This document shows positions 41,272 through 50,038 of a DNA stretch of 60,457 nt, piece after piece. The stretch comes from Candidatus Nanoarchaeia archaeon (lineage in GTDB: Archaea; Nanobdellota; Nanobdellia; Woesearchaeales; UBA10216), in NCBI GenBank assembly GCA_028279045.1, contig JANQSZ010000027.1, forward strand, positions 1-60,457, read 5' to 3'. The notes beneath the pieces were generated by a model that did not search any database, had not been told where the DNA came from, and saw nothing but the letters and a program-made list of their open reading frames with translations. A program made the position numbers and the translations under genes. Position 1 is the stretch's first letter. The number at the start of each line of letters is the position of its first letter.

Positions 41272-42327
41272 ATGAGTGATCTCATAGAATCAAAAGTTGA
41301 TCTAGAAGACCTGGCTGACGAGCTTGCTGCCGAATTAGGACTATCTCCAAGCGAGGATCACTCTTTACCACTTTTGCTCAACGGAGAGCAAATCAGCGAA
41401 ATTTCTGTTTATTCCCAATCAGTACATGTCGACAACTACTATGTGGCGCAAAAAATCCTTGTGCATTTAGCAGGAGGCGATCCTCGGAAATTTAGGTGGG
41501 GGAGCGGTTCGGTGTATGGTGATTTAGGGGCAAAGGTCGGAGGACTAATTGCACCCACCTTTCCTGACACAGAAGACATGCCTCTTAATGATCGCACAGC
41601 TGCCGCTAGAAGATTACGGGAAATATACCAACAGTCACAACTTGCACTAAAAAAATGGGAAGACAAAGATGTTGCAAACGCATTCAAAGGATTAATTGAT
41701 GTCATGCGTGAAACAGAAAAAACAATGTATGATTTCGTGATGTCCTATGGAGTACCAACTCCTCCAACGCTTATTTCTGACGAGCCAACGCCAGAGCATG
41801 TATCTGAAGTGTACGATGTCCTTGATCGTATGTTTGATGAAGAGCTAGTTAGAGATCGTGTGAAACGAATTGATGATGTGGGTATTCGTCCTGCAAACAC
41901 ACCTGATATTTGGGTGAACATCACAGATAACAGATACATGCCGTCAAGAATACTAGAATTAGGAATCCTAGATCCAGGGAGAGCGCATCTCAGTATAGAA
42001 CTCCCAAGAGCTGAGCAATACAACAATTTCATCAGAAACTCTGCACAAGAAGGGGTGCAAAATGCTCTTCGTGAAAGAATTCCGTGGGAAGGAGTAACCG
42101 TTAGTGAACGATTCTATGAACCAATCTTTGTAGGCATTCCTTTGCCAAGAAATGACGAAGCAGATCCTACCTTGCAGGATTGGTTAGATCCAGCTACATA
42201 TCTTTCTGCGTTTATGATAGCAATAGGAAACGACCTGCGTAAGATGTTCGACGACACAGTAACAAAAGCTTCAGCTAAAGTACAACCTTTCGAAAAATTC
42301 TATCAAGAACCTAAAAAACTAGAATAA
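41272..42327 (+). CDS. Hypothetical protein (no recognisable domain)
   Basis: I trimmed the ORF 41248-42327 (GTG start) to ATG 41272, which is 15-25 nt after an AT-rich TATA-like tract. About 351 aa, acidic, Arg-rich rather than Lys-rich. Confidence 0.6.
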   Translation: MSDLIESKVDLEDLADELAAELGLSPSEDHSLPLLLNGEQISEISVYSQSVHVDNYYVAQKILVHLAGGDPRKFRWGSGSVYGDLGAKVGGLIAPTFPDTEDMPLNDRTAAARRLREIYQQSQLALKKWEDKDVANAFKGLIDVMRETEKTMYDFVMSYGVPTPPTLISDEPTPEHVSEVYDVLDRMFDEELVRDRVKRIDDVGIRPANTPDIWVNITDNRYMPSRILELGILDPGRAHLSIELPRAEQYNNFIRNSAQEGVQNALRERIPWEGVTVSERFYEPIFVGIPLPRNDEADPTLQDWLDPATYLSAFMIAIGNDLRKMFDDTVTKASAKVQPFEKFYQEPKKLE

Positions 42328-42338
42328 AAAAACAAGCG

Positions 42339-42851
42339 CTATGCAGCGCTTTCCATTTCTTTAATTTGCTTGCGCAAGAACTCAATCGTCTTACTGTTAT
42401 CTTGTTGATTCAACAAGCTGCCGCATTCCGGACATCGGAAGTTGAAGCTCGATGCGTTGTTGAAATCAATACGAGCACAAGCATTCGGACACAAAAAGAA
42501 ACAGTTTTGATTGTCTTCTTCTGTTTCCAATCGCTGTTTAAACTTAGCAAGTCTGTCCCGCTGCATTTTTCCCATTAATGCTTTGACTTCCGCTCTCTTA
42601 AACGTCCAGTAGCTGACGTACCAGCCTTTAACACGGTCTTTCTTGCGATTATAGCTTACAAGATTTTCATTGTGCAACCGATAAAGAATATTACGAACCT
42701 GCTGAATATCAGCGTCTGTCTTCGTAGCAAGTGTGAATTCAGAAACGTCCTTCTTTCCTTTCAAATGTGTAACTATCTCAACCGCATCAGGTCCAATTGC
42801 TTGGCCGATAACGTCTTCGATTTTTTTGTCTGTTAGTCTTATAGCAGTCAT
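42339..42851 (-). CDS. tfe: Transcription factor E (TFE alpha, TFIIE-alpha homologue)
   Basis: wHTH (EFTLATKTDADIQQVRNILYRLHNENLVSY...WYVSYW) plus zinc ribbon CPNAC...CPECG. The ATG at 42851 is preceded by a GGGGGG..AGGGAA SD-like tract. The ORF-track start at 42872 is GTG. Confidence 0.9.
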   Translation of the reverse strand: MTAIRLTDKKIEDVIGQAIGPDAVEIVTHLKGKKDVSEFTLATKTDADIQQVRNILYRLHNENLVSYNRKKDRVKGWYVSYWTFKRAEVKALMGKMQRDRLAKFKQRLETEEDNQNCFFLCPNACARIDFNNASSFNFRCPECGSLLNQQDNSKTIEFLRKQIKEMESAA

Positions 42852-42993
42852 TTCCCTTAACCCCCCAAACACTAGGAATGTGATAGTCAGGATGTAATCC
42901 CCCGGACTATGATTCTGGGAAGTCCGTTATAAAAACATTATGCCACTGGAGTATATATATTTAAGAACCACCATAGTCATTTCCCGACGGGGA

Positions 42994-45198
42994 CTAAAGA
43001 CGTCGCTTATCAACATTCGCATAATCTGCATCCAAAACGCGCCTGATTTCTCGAGCCTTTTTTTCGCCAATTAACCGTGCTTTTTGCAGCTCTTCTTCGC
43101 TCGCAGCCATGACCTTAGCCACGCTTCCAAACTCTTTCAGTAGCGATTCTGCCAGCGTCCGCTCAATTCCTGGCAATCCTGAAACAATATACTCTTGCTG
43201 CTCAGCTAACGTAAGCTGTTTCTTCTCTCCGTGCACAGCCCAGTCTTTGTCTCCGGTCTGTTCCCGCTTAGCAATCGTCAACAACAGCTCAGCTGCATCA
43301 TTACTGTCTTGTGCATACAAGATAGGCACGCCATATCCTATAGCAATCGCCGCTAACATCCCTCTAATTGCGTTAGGATGCACATTTCGTACGGTATAGA
43401 TACTCCGCTGCCCTTCAACAAGCAGTAACGGTCGATCATGCCCGTATTTCATAGCCCGCATCTGCTCCAACAATCGCCCATCAATAAGCGAATTAACAAA
43501 ATCTTCTACAGTTTTGAATTCAACCGCAACTCTATTACTACAAAGAAAATCCCCGATAGGCAATGTTTGCAAAGAAACGTCCGCTCCTAGCTCAACAAGT
43601 TTCTTCACAACATTATTTCCTTTCTCTCTATTATCAACAATAATCTTAACCTTGTCTTTCTTCTCATACGACGCTAATGTTTTCTGCGGTTTGCTTTGCA
43701 ACTGCATTTTAGATTTCAAATCATGCAACAATCGATGCATTTTCCTTTCCCGGTTTTGCGAAACGTATTGAAACGTTTCATCCCGCGTGTTTCTTGTTAT
43801 CAAGATCACGACTTTTCCTTTGCCTGCCCGCCCTGTTCGTCCTCGTCGCTGGATCTGTCGAATTCCAGATGGTACAGGTTCATAAAACAGCACCAAATCA
43901 ACTTTAGGGATATCCAATCCTTCTTCTCCGATAGACGTCGCTATCAGCACATTAAAACCACCTGCCCTAAAATCGTCAAGCATAGCTTTCTGTTCTTTCT
44001 GACTCAAACCAGATGTTCCGCGTTTCGCCTGCCCAACAAAAACACTCGATGTATATCCTGCTTCATTCAACGCATTATGAATGCTCGCCGCTGAATCTCT
44101 ATATTGCGTAAAGATCAACGCTTTACTATCCCCTTTCAACTGTTCTTTCAACAGTTCAACTACTTTTGCAATCTTCGGATGTTCAACTTTGTCTTCATAC
44201 AACCGCGTCGTGATAATCCGCGCACTTCGAAATTCAGGATCATTCATCAAATTCTTAACAGCTTTCGACGTGCCAGCTTCTGCATCGCTTTCCAGTTTTT
44301 GCATGTACGCATACAACGCTGCTATCCCTTGTGTTTCCACCAATTCCAGCGCATGATACACTTTCATAACTTCTGCAACTAAGGATATGCTCTTCAATAT
44401 CGGAAAATCTTTCTCTCCCTTAGCAAGTTTTGCTTGCAGTTGCCCTTGCAACCGCAAGAGTTCAGTTCTCGTCAACAAAACACCGCGAACATATCCAAAT
44501 TTCTTCACTTGAACAAGTTTGCTTTTGATCGATCGTTCTAAAAATTGCTTAACCCGCACAAAATCATCAGGTAAATCAACCTTAACGTGCTCAATGTCCA
44601 CTTCCTGCACGTACGGTTTTACATCAGGATCTTCTGCACTTCTAAATTCTATTTCTTCAATAGCAAGGTTCTTACAAACCTCAGTAATCCGTTCAAGTTC
44701 GCTTCCAGGGCTTGCAGTTAACGCAATAATATGCGGAAATTTCGCCATTTGGTGATATTGTTTAGCAATCCAAACATAGCTATAATCCCCGACAGCGCGA
44801 TGAGCTTCATCAATTCCCAACAAACTCACATCTTCCAATGAAATTCGCTTACTAATAATATCATTCTCCAATCCTTGCGGTGTACTAAAGAATATTTGTG
44901 CAGTTTTCCACATCTGTGCTCTTTTCACCGGCGAAACAAGCCCAGTAAACACTGCCAATTTGTCTTTGTCAATTTCAAAATGTTCAACAAACACTTTGTA
45001 GTATTGATCAATCAAAGGTTTTGTTGGTCCGATAAAAAGAATTTTTGAGTTTGGAAATCGTTGTAATCGTATCGCAGCAAGCATCAAGAAAATGTTTGTC
45101 TTGCCCATTCCTGTTGGTAACACAACAAGCGTATTTTTCTCTGCTGCCGTCGCTAAGATCTTTTCTTGATAAAGCCTCGGCGTAAAACCAGTAATCAT
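42994..45198 (-). CDS. hef: Hef / FANCM-like helicase-nuclease (SF2 helicase + ERCC4 nuclease + HhH2)
   Basis: 734 aa. PTGMGKT, DEAH (IDEAHRAVG), QRRGRTGR, ERCC4 segment IIVDNRE...GDF...VAVEFKTVEDF, and C-terminal (HhH)2. Confidence 0.9.
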   Translation of the reverse strand: MITGFTPRLYQEKILATAAEKNTLVVLPTGMGKTNIFLMLAAIRLQRFPNSKILFIGPTKPLIDQYYKVFVEHFEIDKDKLAVFTGLVSPVKRAQMWKTAQIFFSTPQGLENDIISKRISLEDVSLLGIDEAHRAVGDYSYVWIAKQYHQMAKFPHIIALTASPGSELERITEVCKNLAIEEIEFRSAEDPDVKPYVQEVDIEHVKVDLPDDFVRVKQFLERSIKSKLVQVKKFGYVRGVLLTRTELLRLQGQLQAKLAKGEKDFPILKSISLVAEVMKVYHALELVETQGIAALYAYMQKLESDAEAGTSKAVKNLMNDPEFRSARIITTRLYEDKVEHPKIAKVVELLKEQLKGDSKALIFTQYRDSAASIHNALNEAGYTSSVFVGQAKRGTSGLSQKEQKAMLDDFRAGGFNVLIATSIGEEGLDIPKVDLVLFYEPVPSGIRQIQRRGRTGRAGKGKVVILITRNTRDETFQYVSQNRERKMHRLLHDLKSKMQLQSKPQKTLASYEKKDKVKIIVDNREKGNNVVKKLVELGADVSLQTLPIGDFLCSNRVAVEFKTVEDFVNSLIDGRLLEQMRAMKYGHDRPLLLVEGQRSIYTVRNVHPNAIRGMLAAIAIGYGVPILYAQDSNDAAELLLTIAKREQTGDKDWAVHGEKKQLTLAEQQEYIVSGLPGIERTLAESLLKEFGSVAKVMAASEEELQKARLIGEKKAREIRRVLDADYANVDKRRL

Positions 45199-45228
45199 GC
45201 CGACACAAAGCTCGCGACTTATTTAAAT

Positions 45229-45993
45229 CTAGTGTCCGCCACTTGCTTTCTTAAAAGTGCCTTCTAAAAAGTAGAGCATCATCAGCCAAAACATAACAGC
45301 CGAAACTAATGTTCCGATCACAATAATGACCCAGTGAATGCCCGGAACAAGTAACAGCAGTCCGAGTGATATCACCGCTCCCACTGCAAACGCATAGATT
45401 ATTCTGCTTGAATAAATCAGTTGCCCGCCATCAAGTGGGGGTATTGGTAAGGAGTTTGTAATCGCAAACAACACATTAACCAACACAAATTGATTCCGTA
45501 TTCCTTCCGGTAAAAAGAACATTGATTTGAAAATCAAAGCTAAAACCAAATTTGAAAAAATACTAAACAACGCAATTTTTCCTTGAGTAAAATATCCCAA
45601 TCCGTAACGAAAGTATCCGAGTCGGTGGGAGTCCATCATGTGCATTCGCATTCCGCTGTACGCCAAGAATACTATGTGTCCATACGACATTACAGTAAGC
45701 ACCAATCCTCCAAGAAGCCCATACACAAACGGTTTGAATTCAATTCGATACCCTTGTTCCAATCCCACAACACGCTTCACACTTTCCCGTACAATAACCG
45801 CAATCGCGATAGCAATCATTCCAGTAAGCAGATTAACAACCCAGGGCACAAGCTCAAATGTTTCATTTCCATCGTTATACCCCAGCATGAACGCCATGAC
45901 AACAGTAGAAATCCCCATCCATTGCCATTCCTTACGACTAAAGGGGTGATATCTCCGAATCTTATCTACCCAGTTGAAAAAGCCGTAAGCCAT
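45229..45993 (-). CDS. M50 (site-2 protease)-like membrane protein with a degenerate HExxH motif
   Basis: 254 aa, polytopic. NSLPIPPLDGGQL (the second M50 motif) is present. The position of HExxH reads RESVK. Confidence 0.65.
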   Translation of the reverse strand: MAYGFFNWVDKIRRYHPFSRKEWQWMGISTVVMAFMLGYNDGNETFELVPWVVNLLTGMIAIAIAVIVRESVKRVVGLEQGYRIEFKPFVYGLLGGLVLTVMSYGHIVFLAYSGMRMHMMDSHRLGYFRYGLGYFTQGKIALFSIFSNLVLALIFKSMFFLPEGIRNQFVLVNVLFAITNSLPIPPLDGGQLIYSSRIIYAFAVGAVISLGLLLLVPGIHWVIIVIGTLVSAVMFWLMMLYFLEGTFKKASGGH

Positions 45994-46030
45994 ACCCGAA
46001 TTCTACCAAATTCGCTTTATATATGTTTCT

Positions 46031-46774
46031 TTAAAAGAACAGGCTCGCTGCCATTACCACTACGGCTCCTGCAAAGAAGTATTTGATCCAGGTGTTCCCT
46101 GCTTTGATTCCATAGGTCGTTCCCACAATACCCCCTAGGAAAGCACCTGCCATAAATGCTAGCGCAAAAGGCCAAACAACAACCCCTGCAAGTACAAATA
46201 CAATAGTGGCTGCAACTGTCATTGTGAAACCCACAATTTTTCGTGTTCCTGCGCTTTGCAAGAACGTTTCTCCAAACACAAAGATGAGCAAGTAGGTCAT
46301 GAATGTTCCAAATCCTGCTCCGTAGAATCCGCCATAGATTCCTAGTACAAACGCAATAGCTGCTCCCACACCCCAAACAAGCGGAGTTCGTTTCACTTTT
46401 CTATTCTTTATTCCAAAGTCATGTTTCAAAAGAAGAAATACCAGCATAACAACCGTAATGACAGCAACAATTTTCTGTATAAGGTCCTGAGATAATTCCA
46501 AGACAAGTCGCGCTCCAAAAAAGGAACCAACAATTGCAAAACTTGCAAGAAACGCTCCAAGCTTCCAATCAACAAGGTGATGTTTGTTCATCACAAACAA
46601 TCCTCCTGGTGCCATGCCCAATAATCCGGCACGGTTTGTTGCTATCGCCTGCACGGGTGGCAATCCTAAAAGAATCAACAAAGGAACTGTTATTAGGCTA
46701 ATTCCCCCGACAATAGTTGTTATGGCTCCAAGAAAGAAAGTAACAACAAAAACAAGAACGAGTTGTTCAATCAT
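46031..46774 (-). CDS. TauE/SafE-family (DUF81) anion exporter membrane protein
   Basis: 247 aa with about 7-8 TM segments. FFLGAITTIVGGISLITVPLLILLGLPPVQAIATN is the family N-terminal pattern. Confidence 0.75.
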   Translation of the reverse strand: MIEQLVLVFVVTFFLGAITTIVGGISLITVPLLILLGLPPVQAIATNRAGLLGMAPGGLFVMNKHHLVDWKLGAFLASFAIVGSFFGARLVLELSQDLIQKIVAVITVVMLVFLLLKHDFGIKNRKVKRTPLVWGVGAAIAFVLGIYGGFYGAGFGTFMTYLLIFVFGETFLQSAGTRKIVGFTMTVAATIVFVLAGVVVWPFALAFMAGAFLGGIVGTTYGIKAGNTWIKYFFAGAVVVMAASLFF

Positions 46775-47493
46775 GAACTCACCGAGTAATTGTATGTGGT
46801 TGTTTCTTTTTTCTCCTTCAACAATCGCTCAATTTCTGCTTGATGTCCTGCTCCCACGACTGCAACGATAGTGCTGCCTTCATTCTGCTCAATCAACCTC
46901 TTAATATTAGCAGCCATGATTCTGTTGCGCTCATCTACCAGCACAAGGTGCGCATTTGGATATCTTTTTTTCATGATTTCCATCATTTTTACAATAATTT
47001 TCTCTGACGGCACTTTAGTAATATCAAAATCTTTGGCAAGCTCTCTCATCTCTCCTCTACCAACAAGCCCTTGAAATATGTCAAGTAAAAATCGCCAACG
47101 TTCCTTCCACGTCAATTTCTTAGAGAACCGCTGCATTGTTTTCACAATGTCTCTATCTATAAGCGCTACTTTTGCACCATGCTTACGTGCCGCAACTATG
47201 CCCGCTTTCATTTCTGAACCAGGCGCAACGCCAACATACTTTCCCAACTTCCGCTGGATGAATCCGCCCAGTATCATGAACAAGAATCCGTTCAATCCCA
47301 GTTGTCGAACCGCACCCAGATTGTTACTCTGCCGCTTTCCATCCATGATTGCATGAAATCTGCGATGGTCCAGCTCAACAGCCACAATATCTGGCTCATA
47401 ATCCGCTATCGTCTTCTTAACAGTAGTAATGCTCTGTCGAGAAATGTGCGATGTTCCGACGACAACAACTTTCGATGTCATACTATAACTCAT
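46771..47493 (-). CDS. TraB/PrgY (GumN-like) family protein
   Basis: 240 aa. VVVVGTSHISRQS...IVAVELDHRRF...VAVVGAGH. Confidence 0.75.
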   Translation of the reverse strand: MSYSMTSKVVVVGTSHISRQSITTVKKTIADYEPDIVAVELDHRRFHAIMDGKRQSNNLGAVRQLGLNGFLFMILGGFIQRKLGKYVGVAPGSEMKAGIVAARKHGAKVALIDRDIVKTMQRFSKKLTWKERWRFLLDIFQGLVGRGEMRELAKDFDITKVPSEKIIVKMMEIMKKRYPNAHLVLVDERNRIMAANIKRLIEQNEGSTIVAVVGAGHQAEIERLLKEKKETTTYNYSVSS

Positions 47494-47574
47494 ATACTCC
47501 TGTTAATAAAGCTTATCACAAAGTTTAAATATCTTGATTTCACTGTAGAGGAGAGAATACGGAGGTTGAGTCGC

Positions 47575-47853
47575 ATGTTAAAGATGAAGCGTATCACAGA
47601 GGCGTACGATATGAAAGTATTTACAGACTCTGGTGAATATTTCGGTGATGTTGAAGAAGCAATCCTTACTGCTACTAAAGTATCTGGCTGGCGAGTCCGA
47701 GCAACAAGAAATTCTTTTCTAAACAAAATTTTAGGAAGCGCTAAAGGGGTTATTGTACCACACCAGCTCGTAAAGAGTATTGGTGATGTCATGATAATTT
47801 CGAAGTCCGCCGTCCCTAATTACGGACCAGACGACGAAGAACCAGAAGCTTAA
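47575..47853 (+). CDS. PRC-barrel domain protein (second copy)
   Basis: I trimmed the ORF 47302-47853 to ATG 47575, which is preceded by GGAGGT at 47561-47566. AYDMKVFTDSGEYFGDVEEAIL...VIVPHQLVKSIGDVMIIS. Confidence 0.7.
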   Translation: MLKMKRITEAYDMKVFTDSGEYFGDVEEAILTATKVSGWRVRATRNSFLNKILGSAKGVIVPHQLVKSIGDVMIISKSAVPNYGPDDEEPEA

Positions 47854-48998
47854 GCTACGTTACTCAGTTCGTTGTCGCGTGCAACACGATTGTGCAGCAT
47901 TGCTTCAACGAACATATTGTAGTTTCCAATTGGAACCATTTCCGTTTCTATCTTCATCTGTTCTGGTAGCACAACAACATTTGGTGCATCATCCAGAGAA
48001 ATTCCTCTTGGACTTTCAAAGGCAACTTGCCTAATTGTTTTCATAAAAAATTCAACTTTATCTTCAGTAGCATCCGGGAATAGATTTGGAATACGCCATC
48101 CTGGATTCTGCCGAAGCAATTCTCTGCGAGCTTGTCGGTATGCTATCATAGTATGATGGTCCAACAACGTTTCGGGTGTGTTCCGACTTTGCTCTTCTGA
48201 TTCTGAACGCTCTCGTCGGTAGACAACTTCATACCAATCTTTTCTATCACATTGGTGTGGATCATGAAATGCATAACTCGCTTCTATTGCTTTTGGTGTT
48301 ATCTCCTCCCCTTGAAATACTGGAACGTGATTCAAAACAACTTGATACCCGTTCCCTCCTGATAGGCTCGGCACATTCCGTGTAACGACTTGCGCTCCTT
48401 TTTCAAAAACATCGTCAGTATCTGTATAGCTCAAAACATCAACAACATCTGGTAACTGTGTATCGACAACAGTTGCTCGCATAAGATCATACAATGTGAA
48501 CGCGCGCAGTCTCCTATCAGCCCAATTGGAACCATCCACGTCGTATCCAGAACGAAGATCTCCCAATTTTTCTCTTGATGCTGCATCACGAAATGCATCA
48601 ACAGAAGAAACAGGCGCGTCTTGATTAGCATATCTCCGAATCGTTACTAGCGGTCCGCGTTTCTGCAATCGTCTTCCTTCCATGAACGGAACAATCCCTA
48701 AAGAAAGTGGAATAATAAGCCGCTGATCAGTTTCCAATCCTTCAGCAATCGTAACAATCTCTCGCCACTTATCTTCATGACTTGCTAGTTTCAGGTAATC
48801 AGGATAAATCACTGCTTCATCTGCAATCAATTGCTCAAGAATGTCATCTCTCTTGTAGTTGTACTGCCCAACAGTAAATCCAGCTTGCTCTAGCCCAGGC
48901 CGCAACATCTCACGTATCTTCGGCGGATCAAATTGATTCCCTAGTGTTTCTTGTACCATGCCAATGACGAATGCAATTTCGTTTTTAAAGCCTCCCAA
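47850..48998 (-). CDS. Hypothetical protein (no recognisable domain)
   Basis: 382-aa ORF with a TTG start on the track. The first in-frame ATG is at 48959. Arg/Asp/Glu-rich and cytoplasmic-looking. Divergent from 49055-49699. Confidence 0.6.
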   Translation of the reverse strand: MGGFKNEIAFVIGMVQETLGNQFDPPKIREMLRPGLEQAGFTVGQYNYKRDDILEQLIADEAVIYPDYLKLASHEDKWREIVTIAEGLETDQRLIIPLSLGIVPFMEGRRLQKRGPLVTIRRYANQDAPVSSVDAFRDAASREKLGDLRSGYDVDGSNWADRRLRAFTLYDLMRATVVDTQLPDVVDVLSYTDTDDVFEKGAQVVTRNVPSLSGGNGYQVVLNHVPVFQGEEITPKAIEASYAFHDPHQCDRKDWYEVVYRRERSESEEQSRNTPETLLDHHTMIAYRQARRELLRQNPGWRIPNLFPDATEDKVEFFMKTIRQVAFESPRGISLDDAPNVVVLPEQMKIETEMVPIGNYNMFVEAMLHNRVARDNELSNVA

Positions 48999-49054
48999 TT
49001 TTCTGAATAAAACTTAAAAATCGAAACTCATCACCCTTTCTTGGTGTTGTCCAA

Positions 49055-49699
49055 ATGAATCCACTAGAAAATTATGCAGATAGAAATGTTGACCCGGCTG
49101 TAGGGTATGCAGTAAACGTTCTTGATTTCGCTGTAGGCGATGAACGGTTTAGACATCTCGCAGGGAGAAATCCAGAGAGCGCAATTGACTACTTTGTCAG
49201 ACATCACAAAATCACAGGAGAAGATGCAGATGCTGCCCGTGAAATTCTCGGCTTAGCTTTAGATTCCCCAGAATTCCTTGGCAGTGAAGCAAAAGGACCT
49301 GCAATTCAGACAGTTCTGTATTCTGAGCAGAGACAGGCACTCATTGATGCAGTTCCTGCACGAGTAGGAGGAGTTCGGCAAGTTATGTCCTTTGACTACG
49401 CTGATGATGTGGAAGCAGAACAACGCGAAGAACTCGAGCATGTTGAATATATTCTTGCGCAGTTGACAGCTGAAGATTTCGCACATGAAGCAAAGATGCA
49501 CGGGTGGAGATACGACTCCCGCAACCACGGTAGCGCTCTTCCAGCAGCTCAAGACCCTGCTATCGAACCAGCAGCTGTAAACATGCTAGCTCACGTAGAT
49601 CGTCGAGAAGCAGCGATCAGAAACCGTGATGCTGAACTTGGGTGGCAATCACTTCTTTCTCCGAGCAGACTTGCAAACCAGAAGAAGAACGGCAATTAA
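49055..49699 (+). CDS. Hypothetical protein (no recognisable domain)
   Basis: 214 aa, acidic, Ala/Arg-rich. GGTG SD-like at 49044-49047. Confidence 0.6.
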   Translation: MNPLENYADRNVDPAVGYAVNVLDFAVGDERFRHLAGRNPESAIDYFVRHHKITGEDADAAREILGLALDSPEFLGSEAKGPAIQTVLYSEQRQALIDAVPARVGGVRQVMSFDYADDVEAEQREELEHVEYILAQLTAEDFAHEAKMHGWRYDSRNHGSALPAAQDPAIEPAAVNMLAHVDRREAAIRNRDAELGWQSLLSPSRLANQKKNGN

Positions 49700-49738
49700 A
49701 CGATACTGTTTTAAACTCTCTTTCTTTTTTCTTTATCT

Positions 49739-50038
49739 ATGCCAACGCCAGATGACGTCAAAAATGCATTAAAGCAAGTCATAGATCCAGAACTCAATCT
49801 GGACATTATCACGCTCTCGTTAGTCTACGATGTCAAAGTCGATGAAGATAAAGTCATCATCGACATGACGTTAACGACGCCAATGTGCCCGTACGGTCCG
49901 CAATTAATCGAAGACGTCAAGCAAACAACCGGTAAACTTGATGGTGTAAAGAATGTCATTGTAAATTTGGTCTGGGATCCGCCGTGGGGACCAGATGTTC
50001 TTTCTGAAGAAGCCAAGATGGCATTAGGCATTAACTAA
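49739..50038 (+). CDS. DUF59 / MIP18-SufT-like Fe-S assembly protein
   Basis: 99 aa. VKNALKQVIDPELNLDIITLSLVYDV...TTPMCPYGP. Confidence 0.85.
   Translation: MPTPDDVKNALKQVIDPELNLDIITLSLVYDVKVDEDKVIIDMTLTTPMCPYGPQLIEDVKQTTGKLDGVKNVIVNLVWDPPWGPDVLSEEAKMALGIN

Noticed and set aside
42883-42910. Imperfect hairpin ATAGTCAGG-(10 nt)-CCGGACTAT between hef and tfe
   Set aside because: It is a single 9-bp stem with one mismatch, with no flanking T-tract and no second copy. It could be part of the tfe leader or hef termination, but nothing distinguishes it from chance in AT-rich spacer DNA.
46017-46376. 119-aa minus-strand ORF overlapping the TauE gene in another frame
   Set aside because: It is nested within the 247-aa TauE/SafE ORF, which has the expected multi-TM pattern. 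The alternative frame gives Cys/Arg-rich nonsense.
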